45,592 bases of DNA, from the IMG/VR virus record IMGVR_UViG_3300032218_001995, positions 1 through 45,592 of that record; one strand, written 5' to 3'. The DNA comes from a virus (taxonomy: Duplodnaviria; Caudoviricetes). Made by a program: the position numbers and the translations under genes. This document shows positions 30,672-38,260 of the stretch, one piece after another. The notes under the pieces were generated by a model. It did no database searches. It saw nothing but the letters and a program-made list of their open reading frames with translations, and was not told the DNA's origin. How positions within the stretch are numbered: position 1 is the first letter of the stretch; the number at the start of each line of letters is the position of its first letter.

Positions 30672-32093
30672 ATGGACTACAGAGTAGCAAGTAACATCAG
30701 AGGTAAATCGTTATCATCATTGATAACGGATAAAATTACATCCGGAAAAGGAGTTGGTTCGGCACTTGGTGGTGCTATTTCTGATAAACTCAAAGCAAGA
30801 GCAACTGGAGTCAAAGAGAAATTCGACCCTATGAATATTGCCAAGTTTATGACTGGTGGTAGCAGACTTGGTCCTGCAATCGTTGGTAGACTCACTGGTC
30901 GTTCACAATCAGATATAAATTATTTTGCCGGAAATAAAAATAAAAAAGGCAATTACACCCAACTGCCAACATCGATGTCAACACCCGGTGAAGGCCTTGG
31001 TGGTTCTGCTGTTGAAGTGCTAAACAAAATGCTTGCATTTATGCAAAGAAATCGTGAACTTGATTTGAAGAAAAGAGAAACAGCAAAACAATTTATAGAA
31101 GAACAAAAGGTGGAAGACCAACGTAGGCATAAAGAATTTTTAGATGTTCTAAAGGAATACACATCACTAAGTGGTACAACATCTTTAGTTAATAAAGACG
31201 AAGGTCCTGGATTTTTTGATTTTATCAAAAGTATGCTTGAGGGTATGATTGATAAATTTATGCAACCTTTTAAATGGTTGTGGGATAATAAAGATAAACT
31301 TTTCGCCATTCTTAGACTTTTTGCCGGACCATTGGCCGGTATGTTACTTGCTGGTTCTGCAATTATTTGGTTGGCTAACGAACTGAGAGAGTATCTGAAA
31401 GAAAATGTAGAAAACAGAAACGTAATTTCTCCAGAAAAGGCGGCTGAACTTTTACAAACTCCCGGTGCATATCGTGAAATAGAAAAATATGGTGGTCGTG
31501 ATGCCGTAATGAAAATCGCTAAAGAGGGCCATCTTGAAGCGGCAAAAATATTAGCAACTGGTGACATTAGAAAGATAAACCAAGCTGGTGGAGAAGAATT
31601 CCTAAAACAGGTTGTTGCCCGTGGTGCTGTAACAGTTCCAGAATCTGCCGCAAACCAAGACCTTTCACAATTCGCCGAACAAGGTCCAAAAAGACCAACG
31701 GGTACAGGTCTGGCGATACAATCAAAACAAGCAGATTGGGATAAAAAATGGAGTAAAATCTACGATCCTGAAACTGGAAAAAGATTGGATTTATTAAATT
31801 CTCCGGCAAATTCACCGGCAACACTGTCAGACGAAGACCCTTCAGCGCCAGTACCAAACACCACAACACCGGTACCACAAACACCGATATCTTCTAGGAT
31901 GAATGATGCTGTACAGGAAAATCAAAGTTTAAATATTGTTCCACCAGGAAACACACAAACTACACCACCAATTTTAACAACAAACACAAGTTCTGTTGAT
32001 TTACCTGATAGGCCTATTCCTGCCACTGCTACTGTGCGTGATAAAACACCAATACTGGACCACGTCCTACAACTATCTGTAGCATCAGTATAA
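30672..32093 (+). CDS. Second tape-measure-like protein, N-terminal paralogue of 28727..30670
   Basis: Shares KEKFDPMNIAKF.TGGS.L.PAIVGRLTGRS; central hydrophobic helix. Confidence 0.65.
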   Translation: MDYRVASNIRGKSLSSLITDKITSGKGVGSALGGAISDKLKARATGVKEKFDPMNIAKFMTGGSRLGPAIVGRLTGRSQSDINYFAGNKNKKGNYTQLPTSMSTPGEGLGGSAVEVLNKMLAFMQRNRELDLKKRETAKQFIEEQKVEDQRRHKEFLDVLKEYTSLSGTTSLVNKDEGPGFFDFIKSMLEGMIDKFMQPFKWLWDNKDKLFAILRLFAGPLAGMLLAGSAIIWLANELREYLKENVENRNVISPEKAAELLQTPGAYREIEKYGGRDAVMKIAKEGHLEAAKILATGDIRKINQAGGEEFLKQVVARGAVTVPESAANQDLSQFAEQGPKRPTGTGLAIQSKQADWDKKWSKIYDPETGKRLDLLNSPANSPATLSDEDPSAPVPNTTTPVPQTPISSRMNDAVQENQSLNIVPPGNTQTTPPILTTNTSSVDLPDRPIPATATVRDKTPILDHVLQLSVASV

Positions 32094-32117
32094 AAAAAGC
32101 CCGCACAAGGCGGGCTT
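32092..32117 (-). terminator. Rho-independent terminator after gp32, at a convergent junction
   Basis: AAGCCCGC-cttgt-GCGGGCTT followed by a T run on the minus strand. Confidence 0.85.
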
Positions 32118-32141
32118 CAAAACTTTCTGTCAAGGAGAGTT

Positions 32142-33023
32142 TTATTCTTCGGCTAGCTTAGAGAAATAAGCCAAATCATCATCATCTTCGGCAATACCGG
32201 CATCCGCCATCACTGGCGCAGGCTTACGTGGCATTGCTTTAGCTTGTTCAACTGTAGTCTTAGCGACTGCTGGAGAACCATCAAGGCCGAGAACCTTGTC
32301 TAGACGAGCCTTCAACTCATCATAAGACTTAAAGTTTTCTGGTGCAAGGAACTCTTTAAGAGAGTATTCTTTCTTCCAGATTGCTTCAAGTTTTTCATCG
32401 TCATCCAACAAGGCGGATGGAGATTCGAATTCAGACTTATCATAGTTCTGATAGCCCTCAACTTTACGAATCTTGAGTTTGAAGTTTGCACCATTCCACA
32501 TATCAAATGGATTGATTGGCTTCTCATCTTCGAAAGCTGGATTCATTGCTTCGTTAATCTTATCAAAGATTTTCTTACCAAACTTGTAAAGGAATACTTT
32601 ACCTTCGTTCTGAGGATTCTTAGAATCTTCAACAACGTAGATGTTTGCGATGTAAGATAGACGGCGCTTTTGCTTACGTGCAACTTCCTTGTTTGCTTCG
32701 ATGCCAGAATTCCACAACTGGGAGTTGTATTCGGAGACCGGATCTTTTTGATTCAAGGTAGTAAGAGAGTTTTCAATGTACCAGCCACCAGGACCCTGGA
32801 AACCGTGATTGAATACTTTCACCCATGGAAGTGCATCTTCACCATCAATAGATGGCTGAGGAAGAAAACGAATAACTGCATAACCGTTACCAGCCTTATC
32901 GACTTCGGGTTTCCAGAAATTATCTTCTTTGGTGGGAGATTCGGCTGAGTTGAGTTGTTCAATAGCCTTTGCGAGTTTGTCCAGATTGCCTGAACTACGC
33001 TTGAGATTTGCGAATGAAGACAT
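32142..33023 (-). CDS. gp32: Single-stranded DNA-binding protein gp32
   Basis: FWKPEVDKAGNGYAVIRFLP, HGFQGPGGWYIENSLTT, YKFGKKIFDKI, acidic C-terminus. Confidence 0.97.
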   Translation of the reverse strand: MSSFANLKRSSGNLDKLAKAIEQLNSAESPTKEDNFWKPEVDKAGNGYAVIRFLPQPSIDGEDALPWVKVFNHGFQGPGGWYIENSLTTLNQKDPVSEYNSQLWNSGIEANKEVARKQKRRLSYIANIYVVEDSKNPQNEGKVFLYKFGKKIFDKINEAMNPAFEDEKPINPFDMWNGANFKLKIRKVEGYQNYDKSEFESPSALLDDDEKLEAIWKKEYSLKEFLAPENFKSYDELKARLDKVLGLDGSPAVAKTTVEQAKAMPRKPAPVMADAGIAEDDDDLAYFSKLAEE

Positions 33024-33106
33024 AGTATTTTCCTTGTATAAACGTTGTATTAAATGTATTTCGAATTATCCACATATTTCATAATGTATGAAGTATATAG
33101 GCAACT

Positions 33107-33586
33107 TCAAAGGTACATCTTCAGGATTGCGATGGTTGATTCGGCATCTTTGTGATGAATGCCAATACCACCGGCTTTGTTCCAATCATCAATAACAGAT
33201 TTGGTGTCATCGATAATGATGGAATTTGGAGTAGCGTACTTATATTTCAGAGATTTCCCTGGAACAAAGTTTGCCTTATAGTGAATGTTGTGTTTGCGTA
33301 ACCACACTTCTTTCTGTGGTGCAATAGCATCATGGTTTTCAGGTCGTGCAGTTGACGATAGAATTTCTTTAGGTACATCAAGTTCACTTACGAAATGCAA
33401 GAGTTCTTCTGCATCAGGCATCAAATCGAGTGTAATAAATTCACCATCATCAATGAACTTTTTAAAGTAACCCTTGAATTCTTTATTGCTTCTTGTTTCT
33501 TCTGGAGTCACACGGAACTTTTCTTTGTAACGCTTCGAAAAATCGGCAATCACGCCATCCATATCAATGTATATTGTATCAATCAT
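33107..33586 (-). CDS. HAD-superfamily 5'(3')-deoxyribonucleotidase-like hydrolase
   Basis: IYIDMDGVIADF (DxD), ILSS, K, IIIDD...W..AGG.GI. Confidence 0.85.
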   Translation of the reverse strand: MIDTIYIDMDGVIADFSKRYKEKFRVTPEETRSNKEFKGYFKKFIDDGEFITLDLMPDAEELLHFVSELDVPKEILSSTARPENHDAIAPQKEVWLRKHNIHYKANFVPGKSLKYKYATPNSIIIDDTKSVIDDWNKAGGIGIHHKDAESTIAILKMYL

Positions 33587-34191
33587 GCTGTTAATAAATT
33601 TAAGTTTTTCTTAAGTGTAGCAAGCATCTTGGGTTTATCGTAGTTTAGAAACGGTTTATATTTTTCACAACTCTTTACGAATTCTGGAAAGATAATATCA
33701 TCTTCAACTTTTTTCACCCACATTGGAAAGAAATTTAACTGCTCATTTAAGATAATTAAAGTCTCTTTAGCACACATATCTTGCATATAAAGATTATACA
33801 ACAAGGGGTACTGCCCGTCAACCACTCTTAGCAATTCTTCCGGATTGTTTACCGAATCAAATAGCTTGTGGAGGTCCTGTTCGAACACATAGGAAAGAGA
33901 TTGTTGGGTTTTTTGCCACACCTTATATTCCGATTCGGCATCTTCGGATAGGAGGTCACCCACCCATATCTTTGGATTCACTAGCATATTCGAGACAAAG
34001 AAACCAAAGAGTTCCTCACGCTTGTATTTCCTGGATAGTTTGTAGAATTGAAACTTATCCTTACGGAGCATGAATTGGTCTTTGGTTACGTTTGTTTTAC
34101 CCGAATACTTTACATAATCATATTTTGAAGTGAAATGTAATTTCAATGCATGAAACATCGCATACGCTTCAAACCCACCGGCTTCGTTCAT
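33583..34191 (-). CDS. gp59: Helicase loader gp59
   Basis: GFEAY..F.ALKLHFT..YDY.KY.GK...F..RKDK..F.KL; synteny 33-59-32. Confidence 0.9.
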   Translation of the reverse strand: MNEAGGFEAYAMFHALKLHFTSKYDYVKYSGKTNVTKDQFMLRKDKFQFYKLSRKYKREELFGFFVSNMLVNPKIWVGDLLSEDAESEYKVWQKTQQSLSYVFEQDLHKLFDSVNNPEELLRVVDGQYPLLYNLYMQDMCAKETLIILNEQLNFFPMWVKKVEDDIIFPEFVKSCEKYKPFLNYDKPKMLATLKKNLNLLTA

Positions 34192-34409
34192 AACGGCAAC
34201 TTATTCACTTTCTTAATCATATTTGCGGCTTGTGCTTCATCGGAGATTTTGGATTTTAATGGTGTAGTGAGTAACGTTGCCGCAATCTCAACCTCAAATC
34301 CAGTTTCTTCACAATGAAGTAATACCGCATCCATATAACCAATCTTCTTGACTTTTACAATTTCTTCAATAATAGCCGAGAACTTTCTTTGTTCATCTTT
34401 AGTGGCCAT
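34188..34409 (-). CDS. gp33: Late transcription coactivator gp33
   Basis: FSAIIEEIV...YMDAVL..CEE...E......L...LKSKI..EA...N. Confidence 0.85.
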   Translation of the reverse strand: MATKDEQRKFSAIIEEIVKVKKIGYMDAVLLHCEETGFEVEIAATLLTTPLKSKISDEAQAANMIKKVNKLPL

Positions 34410-34624
34410 TATTTCTTACCCATAGAGTACGCAATACAAACGGCATTTGTGGCAGTTTCGTATGCACACTTAACGGAGATTGGATCGATACCTTTTTGAA
34501 TAGCAGATTCAATATTTTTTGCCATGTTGTTGCGGTCATTAATATTATAAATCGTGAAAGCGGCAATAGATGAACACACTGCGAGGGTGATACAAATAAT
34601 AACCGTAATTACTTCTTTATTCAT
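34409..34624 (-). CDS. Small single-TM membrane protein
   Basis: Likely start ATG 34624 (MNKEVITVIICITLAVC...) directly after the upstream stop; one hydrophobic helix. Confidence 0.7.
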   Translation of the reverse strand: MNKEVITVIICITLAVCSSIAAFTIYNINDRNNMAKNIESAIQKGIDPISVKCAYETATNAVCIAYSMGKK

Positions 34625-34625
34625 T

Positions 34626-35180
34626 TTAGATGACTCCTTTGTTTCTGTCAATTTCGTCTTTGTTGCTTCTGTAGAAGATGTGTCTGCCAATTTGGTCTAC
34701 CTTTTTTAATTTCCATTGTGGATTAACATAGTCTGCATGGTAATAGGTTGCTCCACCTGTAACATCTTCTTGACGTTCAAAATTGATAACCATATTCACT
34801 GCTAACTGACGAATCTCATTATATAATGAAGTGTCTCTGATTGTCAACCTTTTATCGGTATTCTTTTTTTCACAATACCAAGAGAATTGACAGACACCAC
34901 CAGTTTTTTGATACACTACTCCGCAAATGTCATTCGCATAATTGCCGGATCTGATTCTATTAAATGTAACGAAAGCAACGGCCTTCTTACCTTCAAGAGG
35001 TTCATGTGCGGCTTCGAAATAAATGTTGTCGGCTAGGCAAGTTATTTGTTTCTGTGTCTCTTTGTCAAGAGATTCGTAACTGGCCTTGAACGGTAGATTA
35101 TATAAATTTATATCCACCATCGACAATGCTATAATGACTGCGGAAAATAGTATGCTTAAAAGTATTGGTTTACTTTGCAT
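34626..35180 (-). CDS. Cell wall hydrolase, SleB/Hydrolase_2 family, with an N-terminal hydrophobic anchor
   Basis: CLADNIYFEA..E...G..AVA.V..NR...ICGVVYQ...CQFSW; ATYYHADYVNP.W; IGRHIFY. Start reassigned to ATG 35180, preceded by an AGGA RBS. Confidence 0.88.
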   Translation of the reverse strand: MQSKPILLSILFSAVIIALSMVDINLYNLPFKASYESLDKETQKQITCLADNIYFEAAHEPLEGKKAVAFVTFNRIRSGNYANDICGVVYQKTGGVCQFSWYCEKKNTDKRLTIRDTSLYNEIRQLAVNMVINFERQEDVTGGATYYHADYVNPQWKLKKVDQIGRHIFYRSNKDEIDRNKGVI

Positions 35181-35198
35181 TTTTATTTCCTGTGATTG

Positions 35199-35221
35199 TG
35201 GCGGTTTTGAAAGAACCGCCA
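35199..35221. other. GC-rich intergenic hairpin (TGGCGGTT-7nt-AACCGCCA)
   Basis: 8-bp perfect inverted repeat between the OMP and hydrolase genes; no 3' U-tract on either strand. Confidence 0.6.
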
Positions 35222-35236
35222 AAAAACTTTAGATTA

Positions 35237-35800
35237 TCAGAAAGCTCGGCTATACTGAAGTGTTGTTTGAATTAAGGCACCATCACCACGTTGCCAATCA
35301 CGACCAAGAGAAATAGTATCATTCTTACTTAGTGCGTAACCAACCGAAAGGCGATTGGTTGTTGAATTATCTTTAACAGAATCTTCGTATGCATTACGAA
35401 TACGATAACCATATTTAACTGACAATGCAGTAGAAGGCACACTTGCAGTTACTGAAGGTTCAATTACATAATACTGAGTAGTTTCTGCGCCAGATTTTGC
35501 TTTCCAACCGTGAGCCAGACGAACTTCACCTTTTACGCCTTGCATGAGCGATTGTGTATATGTTCCACCTAATTCATATCGATTGGTAATTGCATTGGTC
35601 GAATCATTTTGAACTGCTGTCACACCAATATCACCAATGAAAGAACCGTATTGCTTAGTCTTAATAGAAAGTGCATTTTGATGTTCTTGTTGTCCATTAG
35701 CATCAAGTGTCCGTTGTGAATAACCAACGGTTACAGATTGTGCGCTGACTAAAGATGCAACACTCATTAATGCCGCAAGAGTAACGATTTTAAAATTCAT
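35237..35800 (-). CDS. Outer-membrane beta-barrel (porin-like) protein
   Basis: Sec signal peptide (..LVSA/QS), alternating amphipathic strands, C-terminal beta-signal LQYSRAF; AGGAG RBS. Confidence 0.75.
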   Translation of the reverse strand: MNFKIVTLAALMSVASLVSAQSVTVGYSQRTLDANGQQEHQNALSIKTKQYGSFIGDIGVTAVQNDSTNAITNRYELGGTYTQSLMQGVKGEVRLAHGWKAKSGAETTQYYVIEPSVTASVPSTALSVKYGYRIRNAYEDSVKDNSTTNRLSVGYALSKNDTISLGRDWQRGDGALIQTTLQYSRAF

Positions 35801-35816
35801 ATAATCTCCTAGAGTT

Positions 35817-35855
35817 AAAAAAATGGTAGGTTATTCTGTTACGAGGAAACCTACC
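35817..35855 (-). terminator. 3' hairpin plus U-tract closing the tmRNA coding piece
   Basis: GGTAGGTT...AACCTACC followed by ATTTTTTT. Confidence 0.6.
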
Positions 35856-36127
35856 GAAACCCTAAGCCGAGTTTAGGCGGCTAATGCGAACTTTTCATCG
35901 TTTGCGTTTACTTGATTTACTTTTAACGACTCTCTGTGTCGAGTTGTCCACTTCTGTACTTGTTGCCCTGTCGAAACCTGGTCATCCCCATCAAAAGCAC
36001 ATTTATTTCGTTATCCCACTTCTAGAAAGATATATGGGGCGCCGGAGCACTAATGCACTTTTGGTGGAGATGGGCGGAATCGAACCGCCGTCCAGAACAC
36101 TTTTCTAGTTGCTTCATACAACCATAT
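35817..36127 (-). ncRNA. ssrA: tmRNA, circularly permuted (two-piece) gene; tag (A)ANDEKFALAA*
   Basis: Acceptor piece with T-arm GGCGGTTCGATTCCGCC-CATCTCCACCA ends at 36062 and precedes the coding piece starting GGGGATG at 35989. G3:U70 Ala determinant present. Tag ORF at 35905-35873. Confidence 0.93.
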
Positions 36128-36133
36128 ACCTCT

Positions 36134-36162
36134 ATTATAGAGGTATTTTATTTAGAAGTCAA
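36134..36162 (-). promoter_or_regulatory. Sigma70-type promoter driving the tmRNA
   Basis: TTGACT (36162-36157), 17 nt, TATAAT (36139-36134). Confidence 0.85.
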
Positions 36163-36177
36163 GCGTTTTTTTGGTAA

Positions 36178-36585
36178 TTAAAACGAAAACTTCGGATATT
36201 TTGCCTTAACCGCCAAACATGCATCAATATATGTCTGTTTTTGTGTATCATCACCTTTGACGATTGCATCAAGATAATTTGCCATTGGTGGATAAGCCTC
36301 AGCACGGAGAGTAGAAATTACACGATGCAGAATGTCTTCTGTGATGGTTAAACCCCAAGCCTGACGGAAAATAAAATCATATCCTCCAGGAACAGAATTA
36401 TGTCGTGTGAATTCTTCCACAACTTGGTTTGAAAAAAACAAATAACCAGAACAATCTGGTTTTTGACCAATCATAATGATATTTAAATTATCATACTTTG
36501 GTTCAACGTTATTACGACCAGTAGGATCACGAAAACCAAAAACGGTTCCCATGTCCTCAGAATTCATTGAGCAGAGATAAAACAT
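36178..36585 (-). CDS. Hypothetical protein with a tail-fibre-chaperone-like C-terminus
   Basis: C-terminal LRAEAYPP...LDAI......YIDACLAVKAKYPK pattern, recalled from small fibre-associated phage proteins. Confidence 0.6.
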   Translation of the reverse strand: MFYLCSMNSEDMGTVFGFRDPTGRNNVEPKYDNLNIIMIGQKPDCSGYLFFSNQVVEEFTRHNSVPGGYDFIFRQAWGLTITEDILHRVISTLRAEAYPPMANYLDAIVKGDDTQKQTYIDACLAVKAKYPKFSF

Positions 36586-37245
36586 TTATTTGTTCTCCAG
36601 TTTTTCTACTTGTACTTGTTCGTCTGTTAATTGTGTCATCGATGGTGATGGACGGAGTTCAATCTTCAATGGATCGGCATGTCCCTCAAGAAGAATAGCT
36701 TCCTTAGGAATAAAACCAATTTGTTGGAGTGCCTTGAATGTATGTGGATTAGACATAGCATTCTTCAACTTAGCAGGAGATGGTCGGCCGTTTGCAATAA
36801 TCTCAGCTTGAATCTCTTTACCAATCATCACAGTAAATTCATTTGCCGCATTTGCTTCAAACATCTCCTCATCTGTGTATGGTGTACCATTTTCATGTTT
36901 CATTCGAGTTGGTTCAACAATGATATAAAGTTCTTCAATCAATTTCTTGAGAATTTGAATCTCTTGACGATTCAGTTCAAAACTTTGTGATTGTGCTGGA
37001 GCAAAAGAGTCTATTTCAAGTAGTTCAGCTTCTGCAACCATAATCAAATGTGGGAGTGCGTTATTTCTTTTAAGGCTTTCTATCTCCAAAAGTTTTGCTT
37101 GATATTTCATATCTGCAACTTTTTCCAAAACTGCGGCACGTTCACGACCCTCTAAAAAGTTTTGAAGGTGTTTTAATTTTTCCCAGGGTGTGTCACCCAT
37201 TACCTGATAACGATAGTTAAACTCAGAATTTAATTTTGCTGCCAT
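36586..37245 (-). CDS. Hypothetical helical/coiled-coil protein partnered with the propeller genes
   Basis: 219-aa ORF with AAAGGA RBS; abuts the next gene. Confidence 0.75.
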   Translation of the reverse strand: MAAKLNSEFNYRYQVMGDTPWEKLKHLQNFLEGRERAAVLEKVADMKYQAKLLEIESLKRNNALPHLIMVAEAELLEIDSFAPAQSQSFELNRQEIQILKKLIEELYIIVEPTRMKHENGTPYTDEEMFEANAANEFTVMIGKEIQAEIIANGRPSPAKLKNAMSNPHTFKALQQIGFIPKEAILLEGHADPLKIELRPSPSMTQLTDEQVQVEKLENK

Positions 37246-37283
37246 TTCAATTTCCTTTTATAAAAAAACATTGTTTAAAATAA

Positions 37284-37291
37284 TATTTATG
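37284..37291 (-). promoter_or_regulatory. Possible late promoter variant CATAAATA
   Basis: One mismatch to TATAAATA; overlaps the stop codon of 37287..38246, ~40 nt upstream of the next ATG. Confidence 0.4.
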
Positions 37292-38246
37292 AAGCATAAG
37301 ATGCACCAGGACCGGTTTTAGTTGAGCCAACACCTGTTGTGTCTGAAGCGACAACACCTGTGTTAGATACTTTATTGGATATATTTGTATATGATGTAGC
37401 TGTAGAATATCCATATGCAAATATAGCTTTGTCTCCACCATATCCTGCGGCCGCCAAACCGGATCTGGCAGTACCAACACCTGTTGTGTCTGAAGCGACA
37501 AAACCTGAATTTGATACTAGGTTCGTCATTGACACGTAATTGGTGGAGGTATATCCATATCCAAAAATGGCTTTATCACCACCATAACTAGCGGCTGCCA
37601 AATTGGATCTGGCAGTACCAACACCTGTTGTGTCTGAAGCGACAACACCTGAATTTGATACTAGGTTCGTTAATGATGTATAACTTCCGGTATATCCATA
37701 TCCAAAAATAGCTTTGTCTGTACCGTATACTGTGGCGTCTAAATCATATCTTGCAGTACCAACACCTGCAACATCAGAACCATAAACACCAGTGTTTGAT
37801 ACTAAGTTCGTTACAGATAGATAAGTTGCACCATAATAATTGTTACCGTATCCAAAAATAGCTTTATCACCACCATAACCTGCGGCCGCCCCCCATCTTC
37901 TGGTGATGCTACTTGAATAAGAAGTGTCCCCTATTGGAATTCCAAGATTAGATATAATAATTGATTTGTTGGTTGGTCTATTGTCATCATTATCGTCAAA
38001 ACCTCCTGCAAATATGGCTTTATCGCTCCCGAAACTTGCGCCACTATGCCAATATCTGTAACAACTTGAGTATGGAATATAGGAAATATCGGCTCCAATA
38101 TAACCAAAGTTAGTTACGAGATTATATGAAGTCCAGACAGTAAGGCTATTTTGACCACCATAGCAAATACCACGCTGTGCCGTAAATTTATTTGTGACTA
38201 ATGTTCCGTCATCGTGTAGCACACCATCAGTTGTTAATATTGACAT
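37287..38246 (-). CDS. Repeat (beta-propeller-like) protein, paralogue 3
   Basis: About six ~47-50-aa repeats: TNLVSNxGVVASDTTGVGTARxxLAAAxYGGDKAIFGYG. Confidence 0.8.
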   Translation of the reverse strand: MSILTTDGVLHDDGTLVTNKFTAQRGICYGGQNSLTVWTSYNLVTNFGYIGADISYIPYSSCYRYWHSGASFGSDKAIFAGGFDDNDDNRPTNKSIIISNLGIPIGDTSYSSSITRRWGAAAGYGGDKAIFGYGNNYYGATYLSVTNLVSNTGVYGSDVAGVGTARYDLDATVYGTDKAIFGYGYTGSYTSLTNLVSNSGVVASDTTGVGTARSNLAAASYGGDKAIFGYGYTSTNYVSMTNLVSNSGFVASDTTGVGTARSGLAAAGYGGDKAIFAYGYSTATSYTNISNKVSNTGVVASDTTGVGSTKTGPGASYAS

Positions 38247-38260
38247 TTACTTTTTCCTTT

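Noticed and set aside
36062-36093. Standalone tRNA fragment or attP site
   Set aside because: It pairs exactly with GGGGATG at 35989-35983 and belongs to the permuted tmRNA; no integrase is present.
35884-36108. 74-aa plus-strand ORF
   Set aside because: Antisense to the tmRNA; VEMGGIEPPS is the typical translation of a reverse-complemented T-arm.
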